NCBI GenBank assembly: GCA_900321635.1
Contig: ONWV01000002.1
Span: 1,964-65,963, forward strand
Length of the DNA stretch: 64,000 nt
Direction: 5' to 3'
Source of the DNA: an uncultured Spirochaetaceae bacterium
Lineage (GTDB): Bacteria; Spirochaetota; Spirochaetia; Sphaerochaetales; Sphaerochaetaceae
Shown: piece after piece, positions 23,325 through 31,774 of the stretch
Position numbering within the stretch: position 1 is the stretch's first letter
Layout of the letters: each line of letters begins with the position of its first letter
Notes under the pieces: model-generated
What the model was told of the DNA's origin: nothing
Databases searched by the model: none
What the model saw: the letters and a program-made list of their open reading frames with translations, nothing else
Translations under genes and position numbers: made by a program

Positions 23325-23770
23325 AAACCATCAGATGTACCGTAAACGGAAAAAGAATAGAAAGGGAAGTTTCAGATGATCTGAGTCTTCTTCATTTTCT
23401 CAGAGATCACCTTCATCTGACGGGAACAAAGGAAGGCTGTTCCGAAGGAGACTGCGGAGCCTGCACCGTGATTGTGGACGGAAAGAGCGTCAACAGCTGT
23501 CTGTATCCTGCACCGCTTGCAGACGGAAAGGAGATTCTGACAATCGAAGGTCTTGAGAAGAGCGGAGAGCTGTCCAGAATCCAGAAATCATTCATAGAAC
23601 ATGGAGCTGTTCAGTGCGGATTCTGCACACCGGGCATGATCATGTCTGCCTATGCTCTTCTTAGAAAGAATCCCAAACCCACGGAAGATGAGATAAGACG
23701 GGCTCTGAGCGGGAACCTGTGTCGCTGCACAGGCTATCAGCAGATAGTCGACGCAATATCAGCTCTTTGA
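23321..23770 (+). CDS. xanthine dehydrogenase-family [2Fe-2S]-binding subunit
   Basis: 149 aa with cluster motifs [12 protein letters not shown] and QCGFCTPGM...CRCTGY. The TTG start overlaps the upstream stop (TTGA). AAGGAG SD. Confidence 0.9.
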   Translation: MKTIRCTVNGKRIEREVSDDLSLLHFLRDHLHLTGTKEGCSEGDCGACTVIVDGKSVNSCLYPAPLADGKEILTIEGLEKSGELSRIQKSFIEHGAVQCGFCTPGMIMSAYALLRKNPKPTEDEIRRALSGNLCRCTGYQQIVDAISAL

Positions 23771-24880
23771 AGCCTTCTTTCCCAAAAGAAGCTTGGCCGT
23801 ACGGCTTCCCGAACCGACTAAGATCCTCAAGACCTCTCCGATTACCATCCTGTCTTCTTTCGGAATGGAGGAAATGGTTTTTTTCACCTTGGGAATTCGT
23901 GTGGCCAGGCCCTTCGGAATATCTCTGACCCTGACGGCTTCCGATATCTGGACTATCTCGAATGTGGTCTTGACCAAAAGCTCCTTCTGCTCGAGTGAAC
24001 AGCTTGCAAGAAACTCATGAAGTGTTCCATCGAGAAAGCGGCTGGAAAACGTAGTGTCCTCGCATCGGATAAATGAGTTTCCCATCACATGCCAGTAGAA
24101 TGGATTATGCTGCATGATTGACTTGCTGTCGCTTTTTACAATCACAGGACTGCCGCTGTGTCCCAGAAGAAGGCCTATTATCGAAGACTCCGGGATAAAG
24201 GAATGAGTCTTTTCCTTGACCCTGTCCAAGACGCATGACTCGATAATATCGTCCGAGAGCCCGGGTCCGTCGAAGTTGTAGATTTCGCTGATTCTGTCAG
24301 GCTCCGAGCAGAAAGCTGCGCTGTACACTGCAAGATTTCCACCCTTGCTGTGGCCGCAGACATAGATTCTGTCATAGTTGCACTTCAGAACCTCATTCAT
24401 AAAAGCGACTGCATCAGATTGTGCCGGAATGGGGGACATGAATGACATGTCAAAGTCCTCCTTCCAGCCTGTGACCGTGGCATCCGTTCCCCTGTATGCC
24501 ACAACGGCGATCTTTTCTTTTCCAAAGAGGCAGCAGAAGACCGCAGCTGCGAACTGCTTGTCGTTCTCGGGCTCGAAGTTTGAAGAAAAGCGGTCCAGCC
24601 TGACTTCTGCAAAGCGACGTCGGGTCGGCATCATGTTCCAAAGGTCATAGCGCGGCTGAAAAACATAGCTTGTGCGCTTCGGAAGTGGTGCGGGGTAGAC
24701 GTCCTTCAGGATTGAAAGAAGATCCGGACCTTTGCCCGCATCTGCGGAGAATGATCTTGAATAGTTTTCAATCGGTGCATATACAAGCTCTGAGAACAGA
24801 AGCATGTCCACTTCATTGAATCCGTCGACTGAAAGCGAAAGGTCTCCTCTCCAGGAAACATAGTCAAGTGCGTTGTTCAT
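23759..24880 (-). CDS. DUF2974/Mbeg1-like alpha/beta-hydrolase (lipase-like), cytoplasmic
   Basis: The start was moved to ATG 24880 (GGAG 6 nt upstream), which gives [16 protein letters not shown]. Nucleophile elbow [15 protein letters not shown]. No signal peptide. The 3' end overlaps the convergent 2Fe-2S gene by 12 nt. Confidence 0.75.
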   Translation of the reverse strand: MNNALDYVSWRGDLSLSVDGFNEVDMLLFSELVYAPIENYSRSFSADAGKGPDLLSILKDVYPAPLPKRTSYVFQPRYDLWNMMPTRRRFAEVRLDRFSSNFEPENDKQFAAAVFCCLFGKEKIAVVAYRGTDATVTGWKEDFDMSFMSPIPAQSDAVAFMNEVLKCNYDRIYVCGHSKGGNLAVYSAAFCSEPDRISEIYNFDGPGLSDDIIESCVLDRVKEKTHSFIPESSIIGLLLGHSGSPVIVKSDSKSIMQHNPFYWHVMGNSFIRCEDTTFSSRFLDGTLHEFLASCSLEQKELLVKTTFEIVQISEAVRVRDIPKGLATRIPKVKKTISSIPKEDRMVIGEVLRILVGSGSRTAKLLLGKKASKS

Positions 24881-24976
24881 TTCAGGCTCCGATTTGAGTA
24901 TGGCCCCAAACAAAAAAGGTTTCAATAATCTTTGCGTTTATAGTATTATCAAAGCGTTGAAAAGAGGATTAGGGTC

Positions 24977-27505
24977 TTGAAGCCGTTTGCTAAGTTTTCG
25001 CTGATTTCTTTTTTTTTAGTTTTGTTTCTGATTCAGGGTGCGTTTGCCTTTGATGTGACTGTCACTTCAAATGCCATAACTTCCAGAACGGAGTCGACTT
25101 TCGTAGTCCAGTATGAGGATTCCTACTTCAACGGAAAATCGACCCAATACAACCACAAGCTGGCCCAGGCAAGCCTAGGTCTTGCTCTTTCGGCTTTCAG
25201 GCCGGTATATGCTGATGAAGTGATAGACGCTCAGGAATATGCTCAAAAGTTCCTCACAGCCTGTGGTTTTACGAATATCCATCAGGACGATTATGATAAG
25301 GATCCGTCGCTGTATACTGTTGCCTCGCTGATAGGAAGCAAGAAGGTAAAAGATAAAAGCGGTGATTATACCCTGATTGCCGTAGGAATCTGCGGCGGCG
25401 GTTATGCAAACGAGTGGCTTTCAAACTTTACGGTAGGAAACGGAACAGAGCATGAGGGTTTCGCAAGTGCAGCCCATCTTGTTTTTAACAGGATCTTCGG
25501 CTATATCGGAAGGCTTAACATCCAGGGCAGAATCAAAATCTGGATCTCCGGTTTCAGCCGCGCCGCAGCGGTGGGAAACATCACTGCTGCAAGACTTGTG
25601 GACTGCGGCGTTTTCAAGCAGGAAGACATCTTTGCATACCTTTTTGCTACCCCCAGAACCACAAAGGATCCCAAACCCGGGATGTATGACAATATCTTCA
25701 GCATCGTAGGTCAGTACGACATTGTCCCGCAGGTGCCGCTTCAGGGCTGGGGCTTTGAGCGTTACGGCACAGTCTTTAATACTCCGCTTAAGGAAACCAA
25801 CAGCGATTATTATCAGCGCACCCGTAAGGTGAATGAAGTATACAAGGCCTACACGGGCCAGGAATACTGGGCCAATGAGGCGGTGAACTTCCAGCTTCAC
25901 ACTTTTTTGGGCTATATCGATTCCATCGTAAAGGATCAGGAATCCTACGTTAAATACGTTCAGGACAGTCTGATTTCGATGTTCAAGAACCGATCCCCAA
26001 ACAACATCCTTAGAACTTTCTCCAGCCTCTCAGAAGACGGCAACCTGGTCAATGAGGATAACGAGGAAGATGCCTCCATGCTGATGAACTTCATATTCAG
26101 GCTCGTCCTTGATTCTTTGACAAAGAGCGGAGATATATCCGCAACTTGGAACTATGACTCGTCTTTTGCAGCCAATCTGTTGCATGAGCATACTCAGGAT
26201 GTCTATCTCGGGTGGATGCTGTCCTCAGACGACCCTGCGCAGGTTCTCACTGATTGTACAGAGTACTCGCGTATCATTCTTCTTCCGGGGTCGGATAGCT
26301 ATGAGCTTACCGTCACGGATGAAACAGGCAGCACGGTCGCACAGCTTAAGAATGACGAAATCACAGTGGGACTTTATGAGGATTGTCCGATAGGCATCAA
26401 GATTGTCCAGGAAAAGAAATACGGAACTCAGATAACGCTTACAATTCCCCATGACATTCAGTACTTTGTCTGGTACGAATGTTCTGAAGTAGGTGACGGT
26501 TTGGTTCTGGCAAGAATCGATTTCGATACCACTGCTGTGGCTGAGAACGAAATATGTCTCATGAATTATTTCGAAGAGGGAAAAGCTCTGGTGTATTCGA
26601 ATTCCGGTGAAGTATCCAGTAATGTCGAAGCGGAAGTATTAACTGCGGTTGATTTCGGAGACTCTTCGGATTACCTTCCTGCCGGACTTGTTTCTCAGGT
26701 TCTTATGGACGAGTCTCAGGATGTGGACTGGAGAAACGCAATCCTCATGGGAGTTCTTGCTCCGGTTCTTATCTTCTCCATTGCGCTTATCATTGTGGTA
26801 CTTGTCATAAAGCTTGCCATGAAGCACCGCTTCAGTATGATTCCGCTTTTGGTTTTCTCTCTGATGTTGGTGGGGCTGATTCTTGAGGAACTGTTCTTCC
26901 TTCTGTACAAGAATCCTATTCCCAGAGGCATCGCAAAAGCTGTGATGGGACTTCTTTCAATAGGTCTGGCCCTGTGGGGTCTGAACAGGCACAGAAAAGC
27001 CGATGAACTGAAGGGCAAAAACAGGAATCTCTTTGTTTCCATAGCCGTGTGTATCGGCCTGTGTGCAATAGGAGACCTGCTTCTTAACATGGCAAACCAC
27101 ACTCCCGGTCTTATCGTCCTGATGGTCGTTCACCTGATTCTGACTGTGGCATATATGCGTTATCGCAGACTGTCCGTTTACCACTGGATCAGTTGGATTG
27201 CCCTGCTGTTTGCTTTTGCAATGATTATCTTCTTGTTCGGAAGAAGCACCGGAAGCTTCATATATGTCGCCATGGTATATGCCTTGATTATCTCGCTCAT
27301 GGTTGTTTCAAGCACCCAGATGCCACCTCTTGTCATCCTTGGCTCGATTCTTCTAATGCTGTACGACATAATCAACGGTGCCTACAAGGCATTCAGCAAC
27401 ATCGTGTTCTTCCATTTCGCCTTCATGCTCATCTATTATCTTGCGGTGTTCTGTCTGGCATACTCGTGCTCACGGCCGTTTGAAGATGCTGAAGAGAAAG
27501 TGTAA
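24977..27505 (+). CDS. secreted class-3-lipase-like domain fused to a YhhN-family (lysoplasmalogenase-like) polytopic membrane domain
   Basis: 842 aa with a TTG start and AGAGGA SD. Signal peptide ...LIQGAFA|FD. Lipase motifs IWISGFSRAAAVG, GQYDIVPQVP and HEHTQDVY. The C-terminal part has about 8 TM helices with GLCAIGDLLL...HLILTVAY (compare E. coli YhhN GLCASLLGDALTLL...SHLLYTIY). Confidence 0.7.
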   Translation: MKPFAKFSLISFFLVLFLIQGAFAFDVTVTSNAITSRTESTFVVQYEDSYFNGKSTQYNHKLAQASLGLALSAFRPVYADEVIDAQEYAQKFLTACGFTNIHQDDYDKDPSLYTVASLIGSKKVKDKSGDYTLIAVGICGGGYANEWLSNFTVGNGTEHEGFASAAHLVFNRIFGYIGRLNIQGRIKIWISGFSRAAAVGNITAARLVDCGVFKQEDIFAYLFATPRTTKDPKPGMYDNIFSIVGQYDIVPQVPLQGWGFERYGTVFNTPLKETNSDYYQRTRKVNEVYKAYTGQEYWANEAVNFQLHTFLGYIDSIVKDQESYVKYVQDSLISMFKNRSPNNILRTFSSLSEDGNLVNEDNEEDASMLMNFIFRLVLDSLTKSGDISATWNYDSSFAANLLHEHTQDVYLGWMLSSDDPAQVLTDCTEYSRIILLPGSDSYELTVTDETGSTVAQLKNDEITVGLYEDCPIGIKIVQEKKYGTQITLTIPHDIQYFVWYECSEVGDGLVLARIDFDTTAVAENEICLMNYFEEGKALVYSNSGEVSSNVEAEVLTAVDFGDSSDYLPAGLVSQVLMDESQDVDWRNAILMGVLAPVLIFSIALIIVVLVIKLAMKHRFSMIPLLVFSLMLVGLILEELFFLLYKNPIPRGIAKAVMGLLSIGLALWGLNRHRKADELKGKNRNLFVSIAVCIGLCAIGDLLLNMANHTPGLIVLMVVHLILTVAYMRYRRLSVYHWISWIALLFAFAMIIFLFGRSTGSFIYVAMVYALIISLMVVSSTQMPPLVILGSILLMLYDIINGAYKAFSNIVFFHFAFMLIYYLAVFCLAYSCSRPFEDAEEKV

Positions 27506-27593
27506 CTAAACAATCCAGTATTTGTTTAGAAAAATGAACGGGCCGGGGAAGACAGTAGTTTTCCTCGGTTCAAACATTTAGGGAGATGAAACT

Positions 27594-28199
27594 ATGAAGA
27601 AACTAATTATTGCTATGATAATCGTTGCCGTCGCCTGCACATCTGTCTTTGCAGGTGACCTTTCAATCGGTGTTTCGCAGAACTACATGCATACCAACAT
27701 CATTGCTGATTATGAAGGAAATCACTTCGGAGTCGAAGGTGCCGCAGGTATTCCACTGATTTCCGGAGTGTTCAGCCTTATAAACAGTTCTTCAAAGGGA
27801 GAAGATATTTCCTTCGGAGATGCTCTTGGCTTACTGTTACTTCCTGATGCTACGGTGAATGGGTATTGGAAGGTTGTAGACGGAAAAGTTTTCGGACTGA
27901 GGCTTGGACTTCAGGGAGATGTTATTACCATGATTAATCCAGAGGACAAGTATTTTTCCATGGTTGGACTTATTGGAATGTCTTTGGGTTTGAATTTTAA
28001 GTTTGGTGAGAGATTCTCAGCAAATCTTACTGGAACCCTTCCTTTTGCCTTTCCTTTGTATTTGATTAGCGAGGATCTTTCCAAATATGCAATCTTTTAC
28101 TACACCTCAAACCCGGAAAAAACCGGCTGGGATGTTTTTATGATTGTTCCTCTTTTCATTAACCAGTTTGCCAGACTCTCCTTCAAATGGAGCATCTGA
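27594..28199 (+). CDS. small secreted protein, putative outer-membrane beta-barrel
   Basis: 201 aa with a signal peptide (MKKLIIAMIIVAVACTSVFA|GD) and a GGGAG SD. Amphipathic alternating strands (FGLRLGLQGDV, LGLNFKFGERFSANLTG) and an aromatic C-terminus (ARLSFKWSI). An intrinsic terminator follows. Confidence 0.5.
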   Translation: MKKLIIAMIIVAVACTSVFAGDLSIGVSQNYMHTNIIADYEGNHFGVEGAAGIPLISGVFSLINSSSKGEDISFGDALGLLLLPDATVNGYWKVVDGKVFGLRLGLQGDVITMINPEDKYFSMVGLIGMSLGLNFKFGERFSANLTGTLPFAFPLYLISEDLSKYAIFYYTSNPEKTGWDVFMIVPLFINQFARLSFKWSI

Positions 28200-28220
28200 C
28201 AACCGAAAGTATTTATCATG

Positions 28221-28249
28221 GCCGCTGGAAACAGCGGTCTTATTTTTTT
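28221..28249 (+). terminator. intrinsic terminator after the OMP-like gene
   Basis: GCCGCTG-gaaa-CAGCGGT followed by CTTATTTTTTT. Confidence 0.7.
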
Positions 28250-28251
28250 AT

Positions 28252-28315
28252 TGGATGTTGTTGGATAGCCTGGATAGCCTCGATAGCACCGATGACCACG
28301 ATGACCCCGAAGACC
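28252..28315 (+). repeat. degenerate 9-bp tandem array (7 units) upstream of, and in frame with, metA
   Basis: Units TGGATGTTG(T) TGGATAGCC TGGATAGCC TCGATAGCA CCGATGACC ACGATGACC CCGAAGACC. Confidence 0.8.
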
Positions 28316-28359
28316 TCCAGCATCTTGTACAACAAAACAATTTCGGACATCATTATCCT

Positions 28360-29283
28360 ATGCCTATTCTTTTGCCGAAGAACTATCCGTATTCAGACAA
28401 ACTCAAACGCAAGGGTGTTTTTGTCATGTCCAACACCAGAGGACGTGAGCAGAAGATCAGACCACTGAAGATCGGAATATTAAACCTCATGCCGACTTTG
28501 GAGGCCACCGAAGTTCAACTGATGGGAATGCTTGCCAACACCCCGCTCCAGGTTGATTTGAAGCTCATCATGATGCAGACAGACCACCGCAAGGTGGAAG
28601 ACCTTCCGCACCTGGGCGAGTTCTATGTCCCGTTCGATGAAGTCAAGAACGAGAAGTTCGACGGCCTTATCATCACAGGAGCTCCTGTTGAGAAGCTTCC
28701 GTTTGAGAAGGTCGACTACTGGAAGGACCTTGCCTCCTTCATGGAACACACCAAGAAGAACGTGTTCTCTACGGTCCATATCTGCTGGGGAGCCCAGGCA
28801 GCCCTTTATGTGCACTACGGCATTCAGAAGACAATGATGGACCATAAGCTTTCGGGAGTTTTTGCACATACTCTTTTACACAAAAGCTATGACAACCCGT
28901 TCACAAGGGGCTTTGACGACAGGTTCCTTGTGCCGCATTCACGCTACACGATGATAGACATAGAGGCGGTCAAAGCAACAGAGGACCTTGAGATTCTGGA
29001 TGAATCATACTTTGCAGGACCGCATCTGATTGCAAGAAAGGACGGCAGACAGGTGTTTCTGAGCGGACACTGGGAGTATGACAGAGGCACTCTTATGAAG
29101 GAGTATGAGCGTGACAAAGCTCTTAAGAACATAATGCCTCCGTTCAACTACTTTGTGGCGGACAAACCTGAGTTCGGAGTTGAAGTCACATGGAAGGCTC
29201 ATGCGAACCTCTTTTATTCCAACTGGCTGAACTTCGTCTATCAGGGAACAACATACGATATCGATGAGATTGCAAATCTGTGA
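28360..29283 (+). CDS. metA: homoserine O-acyltransferase, MetA type (probably O-acetyltransferase)
   Basis: From ATG 28360 the product aligns residue for residue with the MetA N-terminus (MPILLPKNYPY...VFVMSNTRGREQKIRPLKIGILNLMP). GAPVE rather than GAPLG suggests acetyl-CoA use. No SD is visible. In-frame upstream ATGs at 28255 and 28144 are alternatives (see findings). Confidence 0.85.
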   Translation: MPILLPKNYPYSDKLKRKGVFVMSNTRGREQKIRPLKIGILNLMPTLEATEVQLMGMLANTPLQVDLKLIMMQTDHRKVEDLPHLGEFYVPFDEVKNEKFDGLIITGAPVEKLPFEKVDYWKDLASFMEHTKKNVFSTVHICWGAQAALYVHYGIQKTMMDHKLSGVFAHTLLHKSYDNPFTRGFDDRFLVPHSRYTMIDIEAVKATEDLEILDESYFAGPHLIARKDGRQVFLSGHWEYDRGTLMKEYERDKALKNIMPPFNYFVADKPEFGVEVTWKAHANLFYSNWLNFVYQGTTYDIDEIANL

Positions 29284-29301
29284 TTATTGTTTTTTCAGTG
29301 G

Positions 29302-29331
29302 TTGACAGTCCTGCAATTAGGATGCTATCAT
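29302..29331 (+). promoter_or_regulatory. putative metY promoter (extended -10)
   Basis: TTGACA (29302-29307), an 18-nt spacer, then TGcTATCAT (29323-29331). Confidence 0.45.
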
Positions 29332-29403
29332 CTAAACCAAGTAAACCAGTAGGTTTAATATGCTATTAAATCGGAGAGTCAAAACACAAAGGGGGAGAAA
29401 ACC

Positions 29404-30687
29404 ATGGCAGACTACAGATTCGAGACATTACAGCTTCATGTGGGACAGGAGCAGGCAGACCCTGCAACCGATTCAAGGGCAGTTCCCATCTATCAGACCA
29501 CATCATATGTATTTCATGATTCGGCCGATGCTCAGGCCCGCTTTGCATTGAAGGCCCCCGGAAACATCTACGGAAGACTCACGAACTCAACTCAGGATGT
29601 TCTTGAGAAGCGTATCGCCGCTTTGGAAGGCGGAGTTGCCGCCTTGGCTCTGGCCTCAGGTGCCGCAGCCGTGACATATACAATCCAGTCTCTGGCAAAA
29701 AAGGGTGACCATGTCGTTGCACAGGGCTCCATCTACGGCGGTTCATACAACCTTCTGGGCCACACCCTTGAGGATTTCGGAATCAACACAACTTTTGTTG
29801 ACATCCACAATCTGGATCAGGTCCGGTCAGCCATCAAGGACAATACCAAGGTTCTTTACATTGAGACATTGGGAAACCCCAACAGTGACATTCCTGATAT
29901 CGATGCCCTTGCAGAGATAGCACATTCACACAAAATCCCCCTTGTCATAGACAACACCTTCGGAACACCTTATCTCATCAGGCCTATTGAGCACGGAGCT
30001 GACATTGTCATTCACTCAGCAACCAAGTTCATCGGAGGACACGGAACAACCTTAGGCGGAATCATCGTAGATTCCGGAAAGTTCGACTGGAAGAAGAGCG
30101 GAAAGTTCCCGGCATTCTCAGAGCCGAATCCAAGCTATCACGGAGTATCTTTCACAGAAGTGGCGGGTCCTGCCGCATTCGTAACCTATGTCAGAGCAAT
30201 TATCCTCAGGGATATGGGCGCTGCAATCTCACCGTTCAACGCATTTTTGCTTCTGCAGGGCGTTGAGACCCTTTCTCTGAGACTTGAGCGCCATGCCTAC
30301 AACACAAAGAAGGTTGTTGAATATCTTTCAAAGCATCCTCTGGTACAGAAGGTGAACCATCCGTCCCTTAAGGACCATCCTCAGCATGACCTTTATGAGA
30401 AGTACTTCCCCAACGGAGGAGCCTCAATATTCACATTCGACATCAAGGGCGGTCAGAAGGAAGCCCATAAGTTCATTGACAATCTGAAGATTTTCTCGCT
30501 TCTTGCCAATGTCGCCGATGTGAAGTCTCTTGTAATCCATCCGGCAACTACTACTCATGCACAGCTGAGTGAGAAGGAACTTGAGCAGCAGAACATCCAT
30601 CAGAGCACCATCAGACTTTCAATCGGAATCGAGCACATCGATGACATCATCGCTGATCTGGAAAGGGGATTTGCAGCACTGAAATGA
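29404..30687 (+). CDS. metY: O-acetylhomoserine sulfhydrylase (aminocarboxypropyltransferase)
   Basis: 427 aa of the PLP Cys/Met-metabolism family, with lysine motif HSATKFIGGHG. GGGGGAG SD. Confidence 0.9.
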   Translation: MADYRFETLQLHVGQEQADPATDSRAVPIYQTTSYVFHDSADAQARFALKAPGNIYGRLTNSTQDVLEKRIAALEGGVAALALASGAAAVTYTIQSLAKKGDHVVAQGSIYGGSYNLLGHTLEDFGINTTFVDIHNLDQVRSAIKDNTKVLYIETLGNPNSDIPDIDALAEIAHSHKIPLVIDNTFGTPYLIRPIEHGADIVIHSATKFIGGHGTTLGGIIVDSGKFDWKKSGKFPAFSEPNPSYHGVSFTEVAGPAAFVTYVRAIILRDMGAAISPFNAFLLLQGVETLSLRLERHAYNTKKVVEYLSKHPLVQKVNHPSLKDHPQHDLYEKYFPNGGASIFTFDIKGGQKEAHKFIDNLKIFSLLANVADVKSLVIHPATTTHAQLSEKELEQQNIHQSTIRLSIGIEHIDDIIADLERGFAALK

Positions 30688-31739
30688 TAATCAAAGCCAA
30701 AGCAGACGATAATCTGAACGAGATTCTCAATACTAAGGTCGAAGGGAAGCTTCAGGTGGAGCTTCCCTCCGGCTGTATCTACAGACAGAAGGTAAAAGTC
30801 GAGCGAAGCGACCTTCTTGTCATAGGAAACGGGGCAAAAATCGTGTGGGACGACCATAACGGAATGGTTCCTGGCTTCGGAACAGGTGCAAGCGCAACTC
30901 TTACAATAGCAGCAGACCATGTCGAGTTCAGGGATACCGTCATAGAAAATGATTTTGATTATCTGGGCCACGAGGCCAAAGCAGGTGAGGATCCCAAGGT
31001 CATGATGGGCCGCCAGGCCGTGGCTGTATTTACCCGTCCCGAATCCACGGATTCGATTTTCAAGAACTGCACATTCATAAGCTGGCAGGACACGCTTTTT
31101 GCCGACGGGGTGGAAAACAGGTTCGAGCACTGCACGATAAAGGGCAACATAGACTTCATCTTTGGCCGAAGCCATGCTGTTTTTGACAGATGCACCATTA
31201 TTTCCACAGGTTCAGGCTTTGTCGCAGCTCCGTCCACATCTGAAAATACAGAGCAAGGTCTTTGTTTTGAAAGATGCACCATCACATGTACCGATGATGT
31301 TGATGACTTCAGCGTCTACCTTGCACGGCCTTGGCATCCGTCTGAAAGAGATGACACCAACAGCTATGTCTCTTTTTGTGACTGCACGCTTGACAGACAT
31401 ATCAACAGTGCGTTATGGACTACAATGTGGGACAAGAAGGGACACAACCATCTTCCTTCTGAAAACAGGTTCCACATTGATGACAAAACGCTGAAGACAA
31501 GGAGAAATACCATGGAGAAGATTCTGAAGGAAATAGATCTTCAGGACTGTCCGCTTTGCGGAGGGCCTGCTGTTCTTGAGGAGGAAGGTTCATGGTGCTT
31601 CTATGTAATGTGCATGGATTGCGGATGCCATACTGCCGAGATTCCTTATAGCAGCCCTGAGGAGAGACTTACCTCGGCTAAGAACGCTGCCCATCTTTGG
31701 AACATAGGAAAAGTCCTGAGAAGCGACCCCGGCGAGTGA
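30684..31739 (+). CDS. cytoplasmic CE8 pectinesterase-like esterase with C-terminal Lar-like zinc-ribbon domain
   Basis: CE8 motifs occur in canonical order: QAVAV, WQDTLF, DFIFG and LARPW. No signal peptide. The C-terminal 75 aa read CPLCGG...CMDCGC...AAHLWN (Lar-type zinc ribbon). The ATG overlaps the metY stop (ATGA). Confidence 0.75.
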   Translation: MIIKAKADDNLNEILNTKVEGKLQVELPSGCIYRQKVKVERSDLLVIGNGAKIVWDDHNGMVPGFGTGASATLTIAADHVEFRDTVIENDFDYLGHEAKAGEDPKVMMGRQAVAVFTRPESTDSIFKNCTFISWQDTLFADGVENRFEHCTIKGNIDFIFGRSHAVFDRCTIISTGSGFVAAPSTSENTEQGLCFERCTITCTDDVDDFSVYLARPWHPSERDDTNSYVSFCDCTLDRHINSALWTTMWDKKGHNHLPSENRFHIDDKTLKTRRNTMEKILKEIDLQDCPLCGGPAVLEEEGSWCFYVMCMDCGCHTAEIPYSSPEERLTSAKNAAHLWNIGKVLRSDPGE

Positions 31740-31774
31740 AATAAAAGAGTAAATAAAACACTTAAGAAAGGCTC

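Noticed and set aside
28144-28254. The longest metA ORF, starting at ATG 28144.
   Set aside because: That start lies inside the 3' end of the upstream OMP-like gene, and the reading frame crosses its intrinsic terminator. The conserved MetA N-terminus begins at 28360. ATG 28255 is kept as an open alternative in the findings.
29284-29403. A possible SAM riboswitch (S-box, SAM-II or SMK) upstream of metY, or upstream of metA.
   Set aside because: The predicted leader is about 65 nt. It contains only a small TAAACC/GGTTTA hairpin, and I recognised no conserved SAM-aptamer sequence blocks. Rfam models could confirm this.
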